A stretch of DNA of 26,052 bases from an uncultured Methanosarcinales archaeon (GTDB taxonomy: Archaea; Nanobdellota; Nanobdellia; Woesearchaeales; ARS49): contig CAZNAM010000001.1 of assembly GCA_964571335.1 (NCBI GenBank), positions 1 through 26,052 on the forward strand. The letters run 5' to 3'. Shown here piece after piece: positions 22,243 to 26,052 of the stretch (its first letter is position 1; each line of letters starts with the position of its first letter). The position numbers were made by a program, and so were the translations under genes. Below the pieces are notes generated by a model. That model searched no databases and had not been told where the DNA came from. It worked only from the letters and a program-made list of their open reading frames with translations.

Positions 22243-22817
22243 TGACAGAAAAAAAGAAATTGTTGGAATTAAAGAAAGAGATGAATAAAAAAAGACCTGC
22301 TTTTACCAGAGAAGGTTCCCAAAATAGAGTTAGAATTGGAACAAAATGGAGAAAACCTCGCGGTTTACAGAGTAAAATGAAACATCAAGCCGCAGGACAT
22401 AAAGCAAGAGTCAAAATAGGTTATAGAACTCCCGCAGAAGTTAGAAATTTAGATTCACAAGGTTATAATTTAATTAAAGTAAAAAATATTGATGATTTAG
22501 AAAAATTAGATATAAAAAAAGATAAAGCTATCTTAAGTGCAAGTCTAGGCATCAAAAGCAAGATTAAAATTCTTGAAAAATGTATTGAAAAAAATATTCG
22601 AGTTAAAAACTTCAAAAAAACATTAGATGAAAAAATTTTAGAATTTAAAGATTCTCTTAAAATGAAAAAACAGAAAAAAGAAAAGAAAGTTGTTGAAAAG
22701 AAAAAGAAGAAAACTGTTGAGAAGAAAGAGGAACTTGAAAAAAAAATCATAAGTGCTGAAGAAAAAAAGAAAGAAGAGAAAAAAGAAATGGATAAGGTTC
22801 TAACAAAACGAGGATAA
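22242..22817 (+). CDS. rpl32e: 50S ribosomal protein eL32 with Lys/Glu-rich C-terminal extension
   Basis: KKRPAFTRE, KWRKPRGLQSKMK, VKIGYRTPAEVR.L, and its position between L6 and L19e. Confidence 0.95.
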   Translation: MTEKKKLLELKKEMNKKRPAFTREGSQNRVRIGTKWRKPRGLQSKMKHQAAGHKARVKIGYRTPAEVRNLDSQGYNLIKVKNIDDLEKLDIKKDKAILSASLGIKSKIKILEKCIEKNIRVKNFKKTLDEKILEFKDSLKMKKQKKEKKVVEKKKKKTVEKKEELEKKIISAEEKKKEEKKEMDKVLTKRG

Positions 22818-22818
22818 A

Positions 22819-23262
22819 ATGAAATTACAAAAAAGATTAGCCGCAAGTGTTGCAAAAGCAAGCCCTCATCGTGTTAAATTGAACACTGAAGAACTTTCAG
22901 CAATTAAAGAAGCAATTACTAAAGCAGATATTAAATCACTTATTAAAAAAGGTTTAATCAAAATTGCTCAAATCAGAGGTAAAGGTAATTTTCATTCAAG
23001 AAAGAAGAAAGCTCAAAAAAGAAAGGGCAGACAGAGTGGTCATGGTTCAAGAAAAGGTAAAGCTACTGCTCGTGAAAAACCTAAAAGAAAATGGATTAAC
23101 AAAATAAGATCTCAAAGAGTTTTTCTTAAAACGCTTAAAGAAAAAAAATATGTTGATGATAAAACTTATCGAAACTTATACAGAAAAGCTAAAGGTGGTT
23201 TTTTCAGAAATAAAAGACATATAAAAAACTTCATTGAAGAACAAGGTTTAATTAAAAAATGA
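22819..23262 (+). CDS. rpl19e: 50S ribosomal protein eL19
   Basis: LQKRLAASV, I.EAITKADIKSLIKKG.I, GHGSRKGKATAR, W..KIRSQR and YR.LYRKAKGG.F. Confidence 0.98.
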   Translation: MKLQKRLAASVAKASPHRVKLNTEELSAIKEAITKADIKSLIKKGLIKIAQIRGKGNFHSRKKKAQKRKGRQSGHGSRKGKATAREKPKRKWINKIRSQRVFLKTLKEKKYVDDKTYRNLYRKAKGGFFRNKRHIKNFIEEQGLIKK

Positions 23263-23828
23263 AATCATCAAAAACTAGAACTATAAAATATAGAAGAAGC
23301 CGTGAAGGCAAGACTAGTTATAAAACTAGACTGAAATTATTATTAAGTAAAAAAAGCAGAATTACTGTAAGAAAAAGTTCTAAGTATATTCGTGCTCAAA
23401 TCATTGAATATGTTCCTAAAGGGGATAAAGTTTTAATAACTATTAGCAGTAAAATTTTGAAAGATTTTGGTTGGAAAGGTAATTTTTGCAATATTCCTGC
23501 TGCTTATCTTACTGGCTTGGTTTTAGCTAAGAAAACAGGCAATAAAAATTGTATTTTTGATATTGGATTGCAGACTTCAATTAAAGGAAATGTTATTTTT
23601 GCTTTTGCAAAAGGTTGTTTAGATGGAGGTCTTATTTTTCCTTGTTCAGAAAATGTTTTTCCTTCTGAAGAAAAAATTACCGGAAAACACATTGCAGATT
23701 TTGCAAAATTGTTAAAAAAAGACAAAGATAGATTTGAAAAACAATTTGGAAAACTTATAAAAAGTATGAATCCTGAAAAAATTGTAGACCATTTTAAGGA
23801 GGTTAAACAGAAAATCTTAGAAAAATGA
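23259..23828 (+). CDS. rpl18: 50S ribosomal protein uL18
   Basis: YRRSREGKTSYKTRLKLL.S, VRKSSKYIRAQII, GW, NIPAAYLTGLVL and FDIGL. Confidence 0.97.
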   Translation: MKSSKTRTIKYRRSREGKTSYKTRLKLLLSKKSRITVRKSSKYIRAQIIEYVPKGDKVLITISSKILKDFGWKGNFCNIPAAYLTGLVLAKKTGNKNCIFDIGLQTSIKGNVIFAFAKGCLDGGLIFPCSENVFPSEEKITGKHIADFAKLLKKDKDRFEKQFGKLIKSMNPEKIVDHFKEVKQKILEK

Positions 23829-24703
23829 CTAAAGAAAAAGAAGAATTGGGAAAAAGTATTGAAGAAGAAAAAAACTTGAAAGAGTTAGATATTGAAGAAA
23901 AGCTTGAATTAGAAAAAGATATTATTACAGATATTCCTTTAGAAAAAAAAGAAAATTTAGAAGTGAAAGAAAAAATTGAAAAAAAAGACGGAATTGGTAA
24001 AGAAATTGAAGGATGGACTCCTAAAACCGAAATTGGTAAAAAGGTTAAAGCAGGAATTATATCAAATATTGATGAAATTCTTGATTATGGCAAACCTATT
24101 TTAGAATCAGAAATTGTTGATTTTTTAATTCCTAACTTAAAAAATGAGCTTTTATTAGTTGGTCAATCAAAAGGTAAATTTGGTGGTGGTGCAAGAAGAA
24201 TTTTCAAGCAGACCCAGAAAAAAACTCCTGAAGGTAATAAACCATCTTTCTCTTGTGTTGCTGTTGTTGGGAATGAAAATGGTTATGTTGGTATTGGTTT
24301 TGGAAAAAGTAAAGATACTGTTCCTGCAAGAGAAAAAGCAATTAGAAATGCTAAATTAAATATTTTCAAGGTGCGGAGAGGTTGTGGTAGTTGGGAATGT
24401 AATTGTAAAACTCCTCACAGCATCCCTTTGGAAGTTGAAGGAAAATGCGGTTCTGTTAATATCAAACTTTTATCTGCCCCTAAAGGAAAAGGTTTATGTG
24501 TTGAAAGTGAGTGTGGCAAAATTTTGAAAATTGCGGGAATTAAAGATGTTTGGTCTAAAAGCTCTGGTCAAAGCAGAGTTAAAACAAATTTAGTTAAAGC
24601 TTTAATCAAAGCTCTTAAAAAATTAAGTAGTTATAAAATAAGTCAAGATTTTGGTGAAAAGGTTGGTCTTATTGATGGGAAAATTATGGAGAAAGAACAA
24701 TGA
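23825..24703 (+). CDS. rps5: 30S ribosomal protein uS5 with charged N-terminal extension
   Basis: WTPKTEIGKKV, TQKKTPEG, AVVGNENGYVGIG.GK, VRRGCGSWEC.C..PHSIP and APKGKGL. Confidence 0.97.
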   Translation: MTKEKEELGKSIEEEKNLKELDIEEKLELEKDIITDIPLEKKENLEVKEKIEKKDGIGKEIEGWTPKTEIGKKVKAGIISNIDEILDYGKPILESEIVDFLIPNLKNELLLVGQSKGKFGGGARRIFKQTQKKTPEGNKPSFSCVAVVGNENGYVGIGFGKSKDTVPAREKAIRNAKLNIFKVRRGCGSWECNCKTPHSIPLEVEGKCGSVNIKLLSAPKGKGLCVESECGKILKIAGIKDVWSKSSGQSRVKTNLVKALIKALKKLSSYKISQDFGEKVGLIDGKIMEKEQ

Positions 24704-25047
24704 GTAAATTAGCCATTATTCAGATTAGAGGAACAATAAGGGTTTCATTCACGGTTAAAGATACTCTTAAAAAACTTAAACTTAAAAAAAAGCATAATTG
24801 TAGAATTATTGAGGATTCTCCTTCAATCAAAGGCATGGTTGAAAAAATAAAGCATTTGGTTACTTGGGGAGATATTGATGATGAAACAATTACTTTACTT
24901 AAAGCAAGAGGTGAAGGTCCTGTTTTTGCTTTACACCCTCCCCGAAAAGGTTTTGGTAGAAAAGGAATTAAGATGCCTTTCCTTAAAGGTGGAAGTTATG
25001 GAAACAGAAAAGAAAAAATTAATGATTTAATAAAGAGGATGTTATAA
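24700..25047 (+). CDS. rpl30: 50S ribosomal protein uL30 (short form)
   Basis: AIIQIRG, TLKKLKL, VTWGDID, VFALHPPRKGF and GSYGNRKEKINDLIKRML. Confidence 0.96.
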   Translation: MSKLAIIQIRGTIRVSFTVKDTLKKLKLKKKHNCRIIEDSPSIKGMVEKIKHLVTWGDIDDETITLLKARGEGPVFALHPPRKGFGRKGIKMPFLKGGSYGNRKEKINDLIKRML

Positions 25048-25049
25048 AA

Positions 25050-25490
25050 ATGGTAACTAATAGAACATCTAAATCAAGAAAGCTCAGAGGAGTAAGACAA
25101 CATGGTTATGGCAAAACTCACAGGGGTGCTGGTAACAGAGGTGGAAGAGGCAATGCTGGAACTGGTAAAAAAGCTGATCAAAAAAAATCCACTAAGTGGG
25201 GTATCAAAAAATATTTTGGTAAAAGTGGTTTTGTCAGATTAAGAAATAAAAAAAATATTGTTTCAATTAATATTAATTTAATTAATGAAAAATTGGATTA
25301 TTTTATTAAGAAAGGTTTTGCAAAGGAAAATAAGGAAGTTTTAGAAATTGATTTGAAAAAAGCGGGATATAATAAATTATTAGGTACAGGAACCCCTGTT
25401 AAAAAATTCAATATAAAAGTTTCATCAGCTAGTAAAAAAGCTTTGGAAAAGATTAAAAATGCTGGTGGAGAAATTATAACTGAGGTTTGA
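25050..25490 (+). CDS. rpl15: 50S ribosomal protein uL15
   Basis: KSRKLRGVRQHGYG..HRGAGNRGGRGNAG, YFGK.GF, GYNKLLGTG and AS..ALEKIKNAGG. Confidence 0.98.
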   Translation: MVTNRTSKSRKLRGVRQHGYGKTHRGAGNRGGRGNAGTGKKADQKKSTKWGIKKYFGKSGFVRLRNKKNIVSININLINEKLDYFIKKGFAKENKEVLEIDLKKAGYNKLLGTGTPVKKFNIKVSSASKKALEKIKNAGGEIITEV

Positions 25491-25491
25491 A

Positions 25492-26052
25492 ATGTCTTTT
25501 TTGAAAAATTTACTTTTTAATTTACCCGAAGTGGCAGGTCCTGCTAAAAAAAAGCTTTCTTTCAAGGAGAAGCTTAAATGGACAGGTATTATCTTAATTA
25601 TTTTTTTTGTTCTTGGTTTGATTCCTTTATTTGGTTTAGGAACTAATGCATTGACACGTTTTGAAATGTTGTCTGTTATTTTAGGAGCTAGTTTTGGAAG
25701 TATAATTTCTTTAGGTATTGGTCCTATTGTTACTGCAAGTATTGTTTTACAATTGCTTAATGGTTCTGGGTTAGTTAAGTTTGATCTTACTTCTCCAGAT
25801 GGAAAAAGAAAATTTCAAGGAGTTCAAAAAATAATGTCATTATTTTTTATTTTATTTGAGGGTTTTATTTATGTTTTTATGGGTGGTTTAACTCCTCCTG
25901 AACAATTTATCGGAACTCCTATTTTCTTTCAGCTTCAATTAGTGCTTGTTGCTCAATTATTTTTAGGTGGTTTATTAATTTTATTTATGGATGAAGTGAT
26001 TAGTAAATGGGGTTTTGGCAGTGGTATTAGCTTATTTATCGCCGCAGGGGTT
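25492..26052 (+). CDS. secY: Preprotein translocase subunit SecY (5' partial, runs off window end)
   Basis: Manual translation: MSFLKNLLFNLPEVAGPAKKKLSFKEKLKWTG...LGASFGSIISLGIGPIVTASIVLQLLNGSG...FMDEVISKWGFGSGISLFIAAGV. Not in the ORF track. Confidence 0.98.
   Translation, partial: MSFLKNLLFNLPEVAGPAKKKLSFKEKLKWTGIILIIFFVLGLIPLFGLGTNALTRFEMLSVILGASFGSIISLGIGPIVTASIVLQLLNGSGLVKFDLTSPDGKRKFQGVQKIMSLFFILFEGFIYVFMGGLTPPEQFIGTPIFFQLQLVLVAQLFLGGLLILFMDEVISKWGFGSGISLFIAAGV

Noticed and set aside
396-25490. Numerous Phe/Leu/Ser/Ile-rich ORFs on the opposite strand or in alternate frames of real genes (e.g. 396-620, 5910-6224, 13050-13502, 18263-18589, 22463-22861)
   Set aside because: They are the expected mirror of Lys/Glu-rich AT-rich coding sequence and lie within or largely overlap confident genes.
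1-26052. CRISPR arrays, transposases, integrases, rRNA genes, alternative genetic code
   Set aside because: I saw no regularly spaced repeats, mobile-element ORFs or rRNA-like sequence. Conserved genes end at TAA/TGA/TAG and use TGG for Trp, consistent with code 11.

Overview
A very AT-rich archaeal chromosome segment, most consistent with a DPANN lineage (Woesearchaeota/Nanoarchaeota-like). This placement is an inference from the fused PriS-PriL primase, the N-terminally extended S14, the compact gene packing and archaeal TATA promoters. Left part (1-13743): 5' end of gyrA, a 47-aa zinc-ribbon gene missing from the ORF track, scpB, a hypothetical protein, a cassette of three related strand+coiled-coil genes, an intron-containing tRNA-Leu(CAA), RNase J, PCNA, several hypotheticals (one a 29-aa-repeat alpha-solenoid), a PRC-barrel (CdpB-like) protein, a TraB / degenerate M50 / small membrane protein operon, Hef helicase-nuclease and the fused primase. 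Right part (13998-26052): the archaeal S10-spc ribosomal protein superoperon from uL3 to secY, lacking the usual RNase P subunit gene rnp1. Most first-in-operon genes look leaderless (TATA box ending about 22-24 nt before the ATG). The ribosomal operon instead has a ~180-nt 5' leader that folds almost entirely into a nested multi-helix RNA structure. The best candidates for undescribed biology are this leader and the coiled-coil cassette. I saw no mobile elements or CRISPR arrays.
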